Source of the DNA: Acidobacteriales bacterium 59-55
Lineage (GTDB): Bacteria; Acidobacteriota; Terriglobia; Terriglobales; Acidobacteriaceae
Direction of reading: 5' to 3'
DNA: 64,000 bases
Assembly (NCBI GenBank): GCA_001897435.1
Contig: MKSV01000003.1
Span: 651,250 to 715,249, forward strand
Position numbers and translations under genes: made by a program
Part shown: positions 26,838-37,578 of the stretch, one piece after another
Layout: every line of letters starts with the position of its first letter
Position numbering within the stretch: the first letter of the stretch is position 1
Notes under the pieces: model-generated
What the model saw: the letters and a program-made list of their open reading frames with translations, nothing else
Database searches by the model: none
What the model was told of the DNA's origin: nothing

Positions 26838-27146
26838 ATGGCAGTGGAACGCGAAAAATTTTATGAGTGCGAGGTGAAGCGGCGGCGGCTGAAGGCCGCC
26901 GGCGGGTATGAGCCGTTTTGGAAGGTGAAGACGATTGCCGATGCGCTGATCGACAACGACACCGAGTTCCGCTGCAAGTTCTGCGGCGGGCCGCTGAAGG
27001 TCTTTCATCGCAGCGGGGAGAATGCGCCGCCGCCGCACGTCGAGCACAAGCTGAGGAGCGACGCGGAGTACTGCTCGGCGGGGCTCTACTTTCTGAAGGC
27101 AACCGATGGGCGCGAAGCGCGCATGTCGCAGGCTCCGGTTCATTAA
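26838..27146 (+). CDS. Small Cys/His (Zn-ribbon-like) hypothetical protein
   Basis: AGGAGG SD; FRCKFCGG...PHVEH...YCS. Confidence 0.7.
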   Translation: MAVEREKFYECEVKRRRLKAAGGYEPFWKVKTIADALIDNDTEFRCKFCGGPLKVFHRSGENAPPPHVEHKLRSDAEYCSAGLYFLKATDGREARMSQAPVH

Positions 27147-27175
27147 GGGAGATCGCCCCGGCCTTTGTATAGACC

Positions 27176-27386
27176 GGGTGCCCCATGTCCCGATTTTGGG
27201 ACATGGGTTTCTCCGCGATGTACAAGTGCAGGAGCAGAGACGAAATACAGGGGTCTCTCCACTGCGGCGGCAACAACGCCGCCTTCGGTCGAGATGACGT
27301 TTGATTGGGGTGGTTGGGAAGAGGTTGAAGGGTGGGTAGAAGTTTACTTTCCCACCCATCGCATGAAGCGCGATGGATGGGCACCC
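27176..27386. repeat. Composite repeat: inverted family B palindromes flanking a family A copy
   Basis: GGGTGCCCCATGTCCC...GGGACATGGG at 27176; family A 27243-27299; CCCATCGC..GCGATGGATGGGCACCC ending 27386. Confidence 0.75.
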
Positions 27387-27476
27387 GGCCGTTTGCGGTG
27401 TGGAGAGAACCCGCGAGGTGTTTGTTAGAGTCGTGGTTGAAAAGACTTTGCTTATTTATTTTTAGAGGATCCGAAC

Positions 27477-28868
27477 GTGCAAGCTGAACAGACCGCCGCC
27501 GACCTGAAGACCCTCGCCTCCGACGTTGTTGCCAAGGCACTGAAGGCAGGCGCGACCGATGCCGAAGCCGTCGTCTACGAGGGCGACGAGTTCTCCGCGC
27601 TGGTGCGACTGGGCCAGGTGGAGACGCTGAAGGAGTCGGGCTCGCGGGCTATCGGGCTGCGTGTCTTTGTCGCCTCGGGAAAGGCGCAGCGGACGGCGAG
27701 CACCTCGTCTTCCGACTTCTCGGTAGAGTCAATTAAGAGACTGGTCGACGGCGCGATCACGCTGGCGAAGATCACCAGCGAAGATCCCTTCGCCGGGCTG
27801 CCGGAGAGGGAGGATTTCGGGAAGATCGACGCCGATCAGCACCTCTACTTCGACGACGTCAACCAGATGCCTCCGGCAGAGCGGATCGAGACGGCGCGGC
27901 GGGTCGAGGCGGCGGCGATGGGCTTCGACACGCGCATCCAGAACTCGGGCGGCGGCGACTTCGACACGGCGACCTCGCACAAGATTCTCGTGAATTCGCG
28001 CGGCTTCGCGGGAGAGTATCGCCGCTCCTACTGCGGCTTCTCGGCCATGCCGATCGCGGTCGACGAGAAGGGCGGGATGCAGCGCAACTATTGGTATTCG
28101 GTGGCGCGGACGGCGGCGAAGCTCGAATCTCCGGAAGAGATCGGCCACGAGGCGGCGCGGCGCACGCTGGCGCGGCTGGGAGCGCGGCAGGCGAAGACGC
28201 AGAAGGCTCCGGTGGTGTTTTCGCCGGAGATTGCGCGGTCGATCGTCGGCAACATCTTCGAGGCGGCTAACGGCGACTCAATCTACCGCAACGCCAGCTT
28301 CTTCTGCGATCAGCTTGGGGAGCAGGTGGCAGGCGAGAACATCACCGTCGTCGACGACGGAACGCTGATGCTGGATGGCATCGGTGGCTTCGGCACCTCT
28401 CCGTTTGACGGCGAGGGGCTGCCGACGCGGCGGACGGTGCTGGTGGAGAAGGGCGTGCTGAAGAACTACGCTCTGAACACCTATACGGCGCGCAAGCTGG
28501 GGATGAAGTCGACAGGCAACGCCTCGCGCGGGCTGGCGGGCAATCCCGGCATCGGCGCGGGGAACTTTTACCTGGAGCCGGGGACGCTGACGCCGGCAGA
28601 GCTGATCGGGGATGTGAAGAACGGCCTGTACGTGACCGAGACGATGGGCTTCGGCGTGAACCTTGTCACGGGCGATTATTCGCAGGGCGCGAGCGGCATG
28701 TGGATCGAGAACGGCGAACTGGCGTATCCGGTCGAAGAGATCACGATTGCTGGCAATCTGAAGGACATGTACAAGAACATCGTCGCCATCGGCAACGATC
28801 TGGTCTTTCGCGGGGCGAGCGCGGCTCCGACGATCCGGGTCGAGGGGATGATGATCGCGGGTAGTTAA
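27477..28868 (+). CDS. pmbA: TldE/PmbA family protein
   Basis: APVVFSPE, SPFDGEGLPTRR, GNASR, GVNLVTGDYSQGASG, PVEEITIAGNL; no HExxH. Confidence 0.93.
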   Translation: MQAEQTAADLKTLASDVVAKALKAGATDAEAVVYEGDEFSALVRLGQVETLKESGSRAIGLRVFVASGKAQRTASTSSSDFSVESIKRLVDGAITLAKITSEDPFAGLPEREDFGKIDADQHLYFDDVNQMPPAERIETARRVEAAAMGFDTRIQNSGGGDFDTATSHKILVNSRGFAGEYRRSYCGFSAMPIAVDEKGGMQRNYWYSVARTAAKLESPEEIGHEAARRTLARLGARQAKTQKAPVVFSPEIARSIVGNIFEAANGDSIYRNASFFCDQLGEQVAGENITVVDDGTLMLDGIGGFGTSPFDGEGLPTRRTVLVEKGVLKNYALNTYTARKLGMKSTGNASRGLAGNPGIGAGNFYLEPGTLTPAELIGDVKNGLYVTETMGFGVNLVTGDYSQGASGMWIENGELAYPVEEITIAGNLKDMYKNIVAIGNDLVFRGASAAPTIRVEGMMIAGS

Positions 28869-29045
28869 TGCACCCGCAAATGCCGGGACTTAGCAGCTAA
28901 GACCATGAACCCGACCACCCCTGTATTTCGCCTTGCACCCTCTGCTGCCTCTTCCATCTGTAACCGATAATCGCCCAATAAAGCTCCATTTCGGCCAGCA
29001 CGCAGTTCTGCTTTCGTACCTCTTCTGATTTACCATTTAAAGGCA

Positions 29046-30059
29046 ATGGCAAAATCTGCGTTTCTCTTCCCCGGACAGGGCTCGCAATCGGTCGGCATGG
29101 GCAGAGATCTCTACGAAAGCTTCCCTGCCGCCCGCGCTGTCTTCGACGAGGCCGACGAAGCCCTCGGCTTCTCTCTCTCCAGCCTCATCTTCGAAGGCCC
29201 GGAAGACCAGCTCAAGCTTACCGAGCACACCCAGCCCGCCATCCTCACCGTCTCGGTCGCCGCCGCCCGCGTCCTCGCGGAAAAGGGCATCGTTCCCGAC
29301 TTCGCCGCCGGCCACTCGCTCGGCGAATACTCCGCCCACGTCGCCGCCGGAACCCTCAGCTTCGCCGACGCTGTCCGCGCCGTCCGCAGCCGCGGCCGCT
29401 ACATGCAGCAGGCCGTCCCTCCGGGCGAAGGCGCCATGGCCGCCATCCTCGGCCTCTCCGCCGACCTCATCAACGACATCTGCGCCCAGGTCTCCGACGA
29501 CCTCACCCCGCTGCCCAACGCCAGCATCACCAGCCCAGCGGCGCAGGCCTTCTCGCCCAACAGCGCCGTCGTCTCCCCGGCCAATCTCAACTCGCCCAAT
29601 CAGACCGTCATCTCCGGAGCCACGGACGCCGTCCATCGCGTCGCCGACCTGTGCAAGCAGGCCGGAGCCAAACGCGCCGTCATGCTCGCCGTCAGCGCCC
29701 CCTTCCACTGCGCGCTCATGGAGCCCGCGCAGAAGGCGCTCGCTACCGACCTTGAAGCCCTGGTCTTCAACGATCCGCGGTTTCCCATCGCCGCCAACGT
29801 CGACGCCCGCCTCGTCACCCGTCGCGCCGAGGCCCGCGACTGCCTCATCCGCCAGGTCACCGCGCCCGTCCGCTGGGTCGAGTGCATCCAGCTTCTTGCC
29901 GACCACGACGTCACCCACTTCATCGAGGTCGGCCCCGGCAAGGTTCTCACCGGCCTCATGCGCCAGATTCCTGATGCGCAGGATCGCCACCGCACCACGC
30001 TCCACGTCGAGGACACCGCGTCGCTCGAAAAATTCACCGAGGCATTCGTCGCCTCCTAA
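29046..30059 (+). CDS. fabD: Malonyl-CoA:ACP transacylase
   Basis: AFLFPGQGSQ, TQPAIL, AGHSLGEY, VSAPFHC, EVGPGKVL. Confidence 0.96.
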   Translation: MAKSAFLFPGQGSQSVGMGRDLYESFPAARAVFDEADEALGFSLSSLIFEGPEDQLKLTEHTQPAILTVSVAAARVLAEKGIVPDFAAGHSLGEYSAHVAAGTLSFADAVRAVRSRGRYMQQAVPPGEGAMAAILGLSADLINDICAQVSDDLTPLPNASITSPAAQAFSPNSAVVSPANLNSPNQTVISGATDAVHRVADLCKQAGAKRAVMLAVSAPFHCALMEPAQKALATDLEALVFNDPRFPIAANVDARLVTRRAEARDCLIRQVTAPVRWVECIQLLADHDVTHFIEVGPGKVLTGLMRQIPDAQDRHRTTLHVEDTASLEKFTEAFVAS

Positions 30060-30112
30060 CCCGTCAGCCAAGCCGAGCATCAGGGCCGCCACAAATTCGC
30101 CAGAGGATTGCA

Positions 30113-30601
30113 ATGCAGCTCAACGATATCGTCGAAAACTTTACCCTGCAGAACCAGGACGGTGAGACCGTCAATCTCACCGACTTCTCCGATAAGCCCG
30201 TCGTTCTCTTCTTCTACCCCCGCGCCAACACCTCCGGGTGCACCATCGAAGCCTGCGGCTTCCGCGACGCCTTCCAGAAGCTCCAGGAGGCCGGCGCCGT
30301 CGTCCTCGGCATCTCCCGCGACGACGTCAAGGGGCAGAAGAACTTCCAGCGCAAGTACAACCTCCCCTACGACCTGCTCGCCGACCCCGACATGACGCTC
30401 ATCAACCGCTACGATCTGCTCCGTCCCAAGAGCATGTACGGCAAGCTGGTCAAGGGCGTCGAGCGCACCACCTTCATCGTCAGCCCCGACACCGGCTCCG
30501 GCCAGCGCCTGCTGCATATCTTTCCCAAGGTGCAGCCCCATGAGCACGCCGAAGAGGTCCTGGCGATCCTCCAGCAGGAGCACGCCCACGCCCACCACTA
30601 G
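30113..30601 (+). CDS. bcp: Peroxiredoxin (Bcp)
   Basis: FFYPRANTSGCTIEACGFRD, LLADPD, ERTTFI. Confidence 0.9.
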   Translation: MQLNDIVENFTLQNQDGETVNLTDFSDKPVVLFFYPRANTSGCTIEACGFRDAFQKLQEAGAVVLGISRDDVKGQKNFQRKYNLPYDLLADPDMTLINRYDLLRPKSMYGKLVKGVERTTFIVSPDTGSGQRLLHIFPKVQPHEHAEEVLAILQQEHAHAHH

Positions 30602-30660
30602 AGCCCACGCGAACGTCTCCGGGGAGCGCCGGAGCAGGGCATCTTCGCCACCACTGGCAT

Positions 30661-30727
30661 ACGTCATCTCGACCGGAGCAGCAGACAGCTTCATCGTCTG
30701 CTGCGCAGCGGAGAGACCCCTGTATTT
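30661..30727 (+). repeat. REP-like family A
   Basis: Family A termini with inner hairpin. Confidence 0.8.
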
Positions 30728-30843
30728 GCCTTTCGCCTTTCATTGGACCGGCAAAGCCTTATACCATCCGTAAAGTCGCTAAGCCCTCGGCGACGTGCCG
30801 ACGTCGGCCTCTAACGGCAAAGAGAGCAGGGGGAGGTCCAACG

Positions 30844-31569
30844 ATGACATCCGTGCAACTGGCCGCCGCCGCCGTCCTCTCCACCGCCGCCGCTGCCGGA
30901 GGCCTCGCCTACGCGGCGCTCTGGCCGCAGTCACAGCTCTTCGGCCGCGTGCTCGTCGCCGGCTCCAATCCCGCCGAGATCGCCCTCACCTACGACGACG
31001 GTCCCAACGACGACGCCACCGAGCACCTCCTCGAAGTCCTCGCCCGCCACGAAGTCCACGCCACCTTCTTCCTCATTGGAAGCTTCGCTCGCCAGCGGCC
31101 ATCGCTGGCGCGAGCGATCGCCGACGCCGGACACGTCATCGGCAACCACACCATGACCCACCCGTGGCTCTCGTGGCAGACCGCGTCGCGCATCCGCGAA
31201 GAACTGGCCGGATGCAATGCCGTGCTCGAAGATATTCTCGGCGCGCCCGTACGCTTCTTCCGCCCGCCCCACGGAGCCCGCCGCCCCATCGTCCTCCGCA
31301 CCGCCCGCGAGCTGGGCCTGACCGCCGTGCAGTGGAACATCACTGCCTTCGACTGGAACCCCATCGGCACGGAGAAGATCCTCGCCAACGTCACACGGGG
31401 CATCGCTCACAATCGAAAGCGCGGACGCGCCTCGAACGTCCTTATGCACGACGGCGGCCACCTCGGCCTGGGTCAGCCGCGCCTGCCGACCGTAGAAGCT
31501 ACCCGCCGCCTGCTGGAGCAGCAGGCCCCCACCCAGACAAAGTTCGTCACCGTCGCCGACTGGGCCTGA
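30844..31569 (+). CDS. Polysaccharide deacetylase (NodB-like)
   Basis: LTYDDGP, GNHTMTHP, FRPPHG, VLMHDG. Confidence 0.92.
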   Translation: MTSVQLAAAAVLSTAAAAGGLAYAALWPQSQLFGRVLVAGSNPAEIALTYDDGPNDDATEHLLEVLARHEVHATFFLIGSFARQRPSLARAIADAGHVIGNHTMTHPWLSWQTASRIREELAGCNAVLEDILGAPVRFFRPPHGARRPIVLRTARELGLTAVQWNITAFDWNPIGTEKILANVTRGIAHNRKRGRASNVLMHDGGHLGLGQPRLPTVEATRRLLEQQAPTQTKFVTVADWA

Positions 31570-31603
31570 CGCATCTTCCCTGCACTTTTTGAGCGGTCAA
31601 ATC

Positions 31604-31651
31604 CACGTCATCTCGACCGAAGCGAAGCGCAGTGGAGAGACCCCTGTATTT
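31604..31651 (+). repeat. REP-like family A
   Basis: Minimal copy with GCGAAGCGCAG core. Confidence 0.8.
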
Positions 31652-31708
31652 CGCTCGACCTGCGCACCAATCTTCATGCAGCCGATCTTCATGCAGCCGA
31701 TCTCAAAT

Positions 31709-33007
31709 CTACGCAAACGCCGACCGCGCCGCTGCCAGCGTCCTCTCCACCTCGGCCGCGCCATGCGCCGTCGAGACGAACGCCGCCTCGAACTGGCTCG
31801 GCGGCAGCCATACCCCCGCCTCCATCATGGCCCGATGAAATTGCCCAAAGGCCGCAGTGTCTGACGCGGACGCGGAAGCAAAATCCGTAACCGCCCCCGC
31901 TGTAAAAAACCAGGTAAACATCGACCCCACGCGGTTGATGGTCAGCGCCACTCCCGCCTCGCGGGCGATCCCGGCAACCCCATCCGCAATCGCCGCCGTC
32001 GTCTTCTCCAGCGCCGGATAGATCACATCTTCACGCGCCATCAACTCCTGCAAGGTAGCGATCCCCGCCGCCATGGCCAACGGATTGCCGCTTAGCGTCC
32101 CCGCCTGGTAGACCGGTCCCAGAGGCGCGAGGAAGTCCATCACGTCGGCGCGGCCGCCAAACGCCCCGCAGGGCAGCCCGCCGCCGATGATCTTGCCCAG
32201 CGTGGTCAGGTCGGGCCGGATGCCATAGAGCTGCTGCGCCCCGCCCAGCGACAGCCGAAAACCGGTCATCACCTCGTCCAGAATCAGCAGCGCCCCATGT
32301 TCGGTCGTCAGCGCCCGCAATTCCTCCAGATAGCCCGCCGCCGGAGGAATCGTACCGGCGTTGCCCACCACCGGCTCCACGATCACGCAGGCGATCGCGC
32401 CGGGATAGGCGGCAAAGGCCTGCTGCACCGCCTCCAGGTCATTAAAGGGCAGCGCCAGCGTGTGCTGCGCCGTCTCCGCCGGAACTCCCGCCGAGCCGGG
32501 AATGCCCAGCGTCGCCACGCCCGAGCCCGCCTTCACCAGCATGGCGTCGGAGTGGCCGTGGTAGCAGCCCTCGAACTTGATGACGAAGTTGCGCCCGGTA
32601 AATCCCCGCGCCAGCCGTATGGCCGACATGCAGGCCTCGGTGCCGGAGCTGACGAAGCGCAGCTTTTCGACAGAGGGAAAACACTTCGTCACCAGTTCGG
32701 CGAGGTCGGCCTCGGCGGCGATCGACGCTCCAAAGCTCGCGCCCCGCGCCGCCGCCTGCTGAATTGCCTCGACCGCCGCCGGAAACGCGTGCCCCAGGAT
32801 CATCGGGCCCCACGAGCCGAAGTAGTCGAGATAGCGGTTGCCGTCGGCGTCGAACAGGTACGCGCCCTCGGCACGCTCGACAAACGGAGGCTCGCCGCCG
32901 ACCGCGCGAAAAGCCCGCACCGGCGAATCGACGCCGCCGGGAAGAAGCCTTTCGGCGCGTTGCTGCAACTGGCGGGAACGGTGATGGGGGCTATCGGAAA
33001 CTGGCAT
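31709..33007 (-). CDS. hemL: Glutamate-1-semialdehyde 2,1-aminomutase
   Basis: [46 protein letters not shown]. Confidence 0.97.
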   Translation of the reverse strand: MPVSDSPHHRSRQLQQRAERLLPGGVDSPVRAFRAVGGEPPFVERAEGAYLFDADGNRYLDYFGSWGPMILGHAFPAAVEAIQQAAARGASFGASIAAEADLAELVTKCFPSVEKLRFVSSGTEACMSAIRLARGFTGRNFVIKFEGCYHGHSDAMLVKAGSGVATLGIPGSAGVPAETAQHTLALPFNDLEAVQQAFAAYPGAIACVIVEPVVGNAGTIPPAAGYLEELRALTTEHGALLILDEVMTGFRLSLGGAQQLYGIRPDLTTLGKIIGGGLPCGAFGGRADVMDFLAPLGPVYQAGTLSGNPLAMAAGIATLQELMAREDVIYPALEKTTAAIADGVAGIAREAGVALTINRVGSMFTWFFTAGAVTDFASASASDTAAFGQFHRAMMEAGVWLPPSQFEAAFVSTAHGAAEVERTLAAARSAFA

Positions 33008-33140
33008 TTCTTTTAGTATAGAAGTCTCGGCGGAAACTCCCGCCAAGCGCGGCTATCATTGTTATGCGGGCCCCGTTCTCCATCCTGCTAGACTGAAATT
33101 CTTCTTTCCTCAAACGATAATGACCTAATGGAGCGCCACT

Positions 33141-34331
33141 TTGCCGGATGAGACCATCGCCATGCATGCCCCAGACTTAACCGACCCAGAGCACCACGCG
33201 GAGTCGCCCCTCCGCACCGCAGCCGATCAGGAGAACAAGGTCGCCCGCAAAAAGTCCGGCGGCAACTCCGAGCCCGCGGTCAAGCGCGTCTCCACCGCCA
33301 AGAAGGGCATCAGCTACGCCGACGCCGGGGTCGACATCACCAGCGCCGACCGCAGCAAGCAGCGCATCAAGATGCTGGCGCGCAAGACCTTCAACCGCCA
33401 TGTGCTCTCGGAGATCGGCGGCTTCGGCGGCCTGTTCGCGCTCGATCTCGAAAAATTTCCCAACCCCGTCCTGGTCTCTTCGGCCGACGGCGTCGGCACC
33501 AAGCTCAAGGTCGCCTTCGAGCTGGGCATCCACCACACCGTAGGCCAGGACCTCGTCAACCACTGCGTCAACGACATCGCCGTGCAGGGCGCCACGCCGC
33601 TCTTCTTTCTCGATTACCTGGCCACCGGCAAGCTCGACAACGAGATCATCGAGACCGTCGTGCAGGGCATCAGCGAGGCCTGCCGCGCCAACGGCTGCGC
33701 CCTGATCGGCGGCGAGACGGCGCAGATGCCCGGCTTCTACGCCGACGGCGAGTACGACCTCGCCGGCACCATCATCGGCGCGGTCAACCGCGACCGCATC
33801 ATTACCGGCGAAACCATCCAGGTCGGTGACGTCCTCCTCGGCCTGCCCTCGAACGGCCTGCACACCAACGGCTACTCGCTGGCGCGCAAGCTGCTCTTCG
33901 AGGTGGCAAAGTATCACCCCGACCACTACGTCAACGAGTTGAAGGACAAGGCCGGTGCGGCGCTGATGCGCACCCACCGCAGCTACTTCGCCATCATCAA
34001 GAAGCTCACCACCGCCGACGTCGTCAGCGGCATGGCCCACATCACCGGCGGCGGCATCACCGAGAATCTGCCCCGCATCCTGCCCAAGGGCATGGGCGCG
34101 GTCGTCGATCTCGCCTCATGGCATGTGCCGCCCCTGTTCGAGCATCTGCAGGCGCTCGGCAGCGTGGACCGCGACGAGATGTTCCGCACCTTCAACATGG
34201 GCATCGGCCTGATCGCCGTCATACCCGCCGAGAAGCTCAAGAAGGCGAAGGCCATCCTCAACCGCGCCAACGAGCGCCACTGCGTGATCGGACGCGTCGT
34301 CCGCGGCGAGCGCAAGGTCAGCTACAGCTAG
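33141..34331 (+). CDS. purM: Phosphoribosylformylglycinamidine cyclo-ligase
   Basis: YADAGVDI, DGVGTKL, GGETAQMPG, SNGLHTNGYSL, AHITGGG; true start may be a little downstream. Confidence 0.96.
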   Translation: MPDETIAMHAPDLTDPEHHAESPLRTAADQENKVARKKSGGNSEPAVKRVSTAKKGISYADAGVDITSADRSKQRIKMLARKTFNRHVLSEIGGFGGLFALDLEKFPNPVLVSSADGVGTKLKVAFELGIHHTVGQDLVNHCVNDIAVQGATPLFFLDYLATGKLDNEIIETVVQGISEACRANGCALIGGETAQMPGFYADGEYDLAGTIIGAVNRDRIITGETIQVGDVLLGLPSNGLHTNGYSLARKLLFEVAKYHPDHYVNELKDKAGAALMRTHRSYFAIIKKLTTADVVSGMAHITGGGITENLPRILPKGMGAVVDLASWHVPPLFEHLQALGSVDRDEMFRTFNMGIGLIAVIPAEKLKKAKAILNRANERHCVIGRVVRGERKVSYS

Positions 34332-34430
34332 GTGGTCCGCAAACGCGATGGGCGGCATCCAACAGACAGGGCCTCTCTCCGGGACAAGGGCAGAGCGGTC
34401 TCAGGCGGCATCATCGAAAGAGGAGAGCAA

Positions 34431-35039
34431 GTGAAGCGGCTTGGAATTCTGCTGTCGGGGCGAGGGTCGAACTTTCTGGCAATCGCGAAGGCGATCCGCG
34501 AACAGCGGCTGCTGGGAGCCAGGATCGCCGTTGTGCTCTCGAACCGCGAAGACGCCGCCGGTCTCGACGCCGCGCGCGATCTGAAGATTCCCGCCTTCTG
34601 CATCCCTTCGGCCGGACACAAGCGCCGCGAGCACGACGCCGAGGTGATGGCGCGCCTGCACCAGCACCGCGTCGACCTGATCTGCCTGGCCGGCTACATG
34701 CGCGTCATTACGGAAGAGTTCGTGCGCGCCTTCCCCAACCGCATCCTCAACATCCACCCCTCGCTGCTGCCGTCCTTTCCCGGACTCGACGCGCAGCGGC
34801 AGGCGCTCGAATACGGAGCCAAGGTCGCCGGTTGCACCGTCCACTTCGTCGACGAGGCGGTCGACCACGGGGTCATCATCCTGCAAAAGGCCGTCCCCAT
34901 CAAAGAGGACGACACCGTCGAAACCCTCTCGGCCCGCCTCCTGCAACAGGAGCACGCCATCTACCCCGAGGCCATCGCCCGCGTCCTCAGCGGCGACTAC
35001 GTGATCGAAGACCGCCGCTACGTCCGCCGCGACAAGTAG
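34431..35039 (+). CDS. purN: Phosphoribosylglycinamide formyltransferase
   Basis: LLSGRGSN, LAGYMR, NIHPSLLP, GCTVHFV. Confidence 0.96.
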   Translation: MKRLGILLSGRGSNFLAIAKAIREQRLLGARIAVVLSNREDAAGLDAARDLKIPAFCIPSAGHKRREHDAEVMARLHQHRVDLICLAGYMRVITEEFVRAFPNRILNIHPSLLPSFPGLDAQRQALEYGAKVAGCTVHFVDEAVDHGVIILQKAVPIKEDDTVETLSARLLQQEHAIYPEAIARVLSGDYVIEDRRYVRRDK

Positions 35040-35048
35040 CCACAAATA

Positions 35049-35090
35049 CACGTCATCTCGACCGAAGCAACGGAGAGACCCCTGTATTTC
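35049..35090 (+). repeat. REP-like family A (short)
   Basis: Family A termini. Confidence 0.75.
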
Positions 35091-35139
35091 GCCGCTCCCG
35101 CAGCGCCAAACCATCGCAGCAACCGCGAAAACTCGAGAA

Positions 35140-35210
35140 AAAGCAGTTGGCGTAGAGTCTGCCGAGCCCTTTGTTTGCCATCTCCGAAGGGAATCTGCGG
35201 TTGCCTTCCT
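35140..35210 (+). repeat. Repeat family C, shared with 47881-47985
   Basis: GCAGTTGG(C/T)GTAGAGTCTGCCGA...TTTGTTTG...CCGAAGGGAATCTGCGGTTGCCTTCC at both loci. Confidence 0.7.
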
Positions 35211-35232
35211 CTACACCGATAGCAAATCGGCT

Positions 35233-36450
35233 CTACGCCCGCTGCCCCATCTGCCGCTGCTGATCCTTCGCGTCGCTCAGCGTCACCTTCACATCCATCC
35301 GCTTCCGTCCGCGGAAGATCGTGAGCGTCACCACATCGCCCGCGCGATGCGAGTTCATCGCGGCGGAGAGGTCCTGCGCGTTGGCGATGTCCTGCCCATC
35401 CATGCCAACGATCAGATCACCCCCAAGCATGACGGGGATATTGCCCATGTACGCTCTCTGGTTGCCGCCGCGCAGACCGGCGCGATCCGCCGCGCCCCCC
35501 GGAATCACCTGGTCGATCAGGATGCCGTAGTCCGACGGCAGCCCCAGCTGCTGGGCGATATCGGGACCGATCGGCAGGGTCACAATGTCGAGCGACGGCC
35601 GCCGCACATACCCGTACTTCTCAAAGTCGCTCAGCACCGCCTTCGCCGTATTGATGGGAATGGCAAACCCTACGCCCGAGCTCTGGTCCGCGCCGTTGCT
35701 TGCGATCATCGTTGTAATCCCGATCACCTCGCCGCGCGAGTTCAACAGCGGTCCTCCCGAGTTTCCCGGATTGACGGCGGCGTCCGTCTGAATGGCGTCT
35801 TCAATCGGGTTCTGCTCCGGCCCGCGAACGGAGCGGATGGCCGAGATGATGCCCCGCGTCATCGTGCCCTGCAACCCGAAGGGATTGCCGATGGCATAAA
35901 CCCTCTGCCCCACGGTCAGTCCGCGCGAATCCGCCAGCACCGCCGGCACCAGGTCGGTCGCATTGTCGATCTTCAGCAGCGCCAGGTCGTGGCCCTTGTC
36001 CACGGCGAGTACCTTGGCCTTGTAGGTGTGCTTGTTCGAGAGCTTCACCTCCACCCGCTGCGCGTTGTTGATGACGTGATTGTTGGTCAGAATCAGGCCG
36101 TCCTTGTTCAGGATGAAGCCCGACCCCTGCCCCTGCTGCGGAACCGGCCCATAGAAGAAGTCGAAGGCAACGGCGGTCGAGGTGATGTTGACCACCGACG
36201 GCAGCGCCTTCTTGTAGACGGCGATGTTCTGCTGCTCCTCGGTGTCGAAGGCGGGCGCGGCAGAGGCCTGTGTCAGTTCGAGCGTGCCCATCGGCCCGGT
36301 CACCGTGGCCGGAGCCGCGCCGGGCGTGGCAGCGGTCGAGAAGACACGATGCACCCACGGCGCAAATGTTCCCGTCGGCGCGAAGTGCGTCGTCAGATAG
36401 TAGAAGCCGGTAAGCAATAAAAGAACCAGAACAACGGGACGCAGTTTCAT
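35233..36450 (-). CDS. HtrA/DegP-like trypsin protease with PDZ domain
   Basis: GSGFI, TNNH, DLALL, TDAAVNPGNSGGPL, one PDZ domain. Confidence 0.93.
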   Translation of the reverse strand: MKLRPVVLVLLLLTGFYYLTTHFAPTGTFAPWVHRVFSTAATPGAAPATVTGPMGTLELTQASAAPAFDTEEQQNIAVYKKALPSVVNITSTAVAFDFFYGPVPQQGQGSGFILNKDGLILTNNHVINNAQRVEVKLSNKHTYKAKVLAVDKGHDLALLKIDNATDLVPAVLADSRGLTVGQRVYAIGNPFGLQGTMTRGIISAIRSVRGPEQNPIEDAIQTDAAVNPGNSGGPLLNSRGEVIGITTMIASNGADQSSGVGFAIPINTAKAVLSDFEKYGYVRRPSLDIVTLPIGPDIAQQLGLPSDYGILIDQVIPGGAADRAGLRGGNQRAYMGNIPVMLGGDLIVGMDGQDIANAQDLSAAMNSHRAGDVVTLTIFRGRKRMDVKVTLSDAKDQQRQMGQRA

Positions 36451-36607
36451 GGTTTAGACCCTTGTATCCTTTTGAGCGAACCGGCAGGTCCGCCTCCCCT
36501 GTAATTGTAGCGAGATGCCCGCCCTCCCGGTAAAATCCCACCCCGGAAAGACTGCCAAACACGTCACAGCATGCGTCGCTCACAACAATCCATCCCTTGG
36601 ACTCTGT

Positions 36608-37306
36608 CTACCGCGCCGCGCTCCGCAGAATCGGCCACAGTTGATCGACCTGCCACTCCAGCTCCGTGATAGCGCCATCGTTGGTCAGCACATAGTCGCA
36701 GGCGGCAGCCTTCTGATCGTCCGGAATCAGTTGCGCCAGCCGCCGCGCAGCCTCGGCCTCAAGCTCCGCCCTCTGCGCCTCCGATATCTCGCCGTCTCCG
36801 GCAGAGCGGCGAACGAAACGAGCGATCTTCATCTCCTCGGGAGCCGTCACCAGGATCAGCCGGTCGAAGCGCTCCCGCCAGTCCGCAACCGCGCCGTGAA
36901 CCGCCTGTCCCCGCGCGGCCTCGTCGCGAACGGCCTCGTCCCGTGCCGCCTCAAAGATCAGCGCCGACTCCACCATCACCACCGCCGCCGGATGCCGCCG
37001 CGCAATCTCCTCGATCCGCTCTCGCTGCCGCGCAATCACCGCCGGATGCACCATCGCGTTCAACTCATCGACGCGTCCCTCGGCAAAGGCGATGCGGGCC
37101 AGCGCCGAGCGGTCGAGCCGCCCGTCGGCGAGCACCACCTCGCCACCGAAGCGCGCGACGATCTGCGCATGGACCGGCCCGCCCGGCTCCATCAACTCTC
37201 GGCCCATGACGTCGGAGTGAAGCACCTTGGCGCCGTGGGCGCGAAACAACTCCGCCACCGTCGACTTGCCGCTCCCCAACCCGCCTGTAAGGCCGACACG
37301 CAACAT
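36608..37306 (-). CDS. coaE: Dephospho-CoA kinase
   Basis: VGLTGGLGSGKSTV, LDRSAL, MVHPAV. Confidence 0.93.
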   Translation of the reverse strand: MLRVGLTGGLGSGKSTVAELFRAHGAKVLHSDVMGRELMEPGGPVHAQIVARFGGEVVLADGRLDRSALARIAFAEGRVDELNAMVHPAVIARQRERIEEIARRHPAAVVMVESALIFEAARDEAVRDEAARGQAVHGAVADWRERFDRLILVTAPEEMKIARFVRRSAGDGEISEAQRAELEAEAARRLAQLIPDDQKAAACDYVLTNDGAITELEWQVDQLWPILRSAAR

Positions 37307-37363
37307 AGTGCTTCAGTCCTTCTTCCCGTTCTTCACTCGTCTTCGCTGAAATCCGCTTTGAGT

Positions 37364-37495
37364 CACGTCATCTCGACCGAAGGCCCGCAGGGCCGCAACT
37401 CACGTCATCTCGACCAAAAGCCCATCCACAAATGCACGCCATCTCGACCGAAGGCGGCGCTTTTGCCGCCGCAGTGGCAGAGACCCCTGTATTTC
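37364..37495 (+). repeat. REP-like family A cluster (three heads, one tail)
   Basis: CGTCATCTCGACC x3 then GAGACCCCTGTATTTC. Confidence 0.8.
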
Positions 37496-37578
37496 GTCTT
37501 TGCTCTTACTTGCCCGCCCTCACCGGCACAAAGCGATACCAGGACTTCAATTGTTAACAGATCCTTCGATCTACTTTC

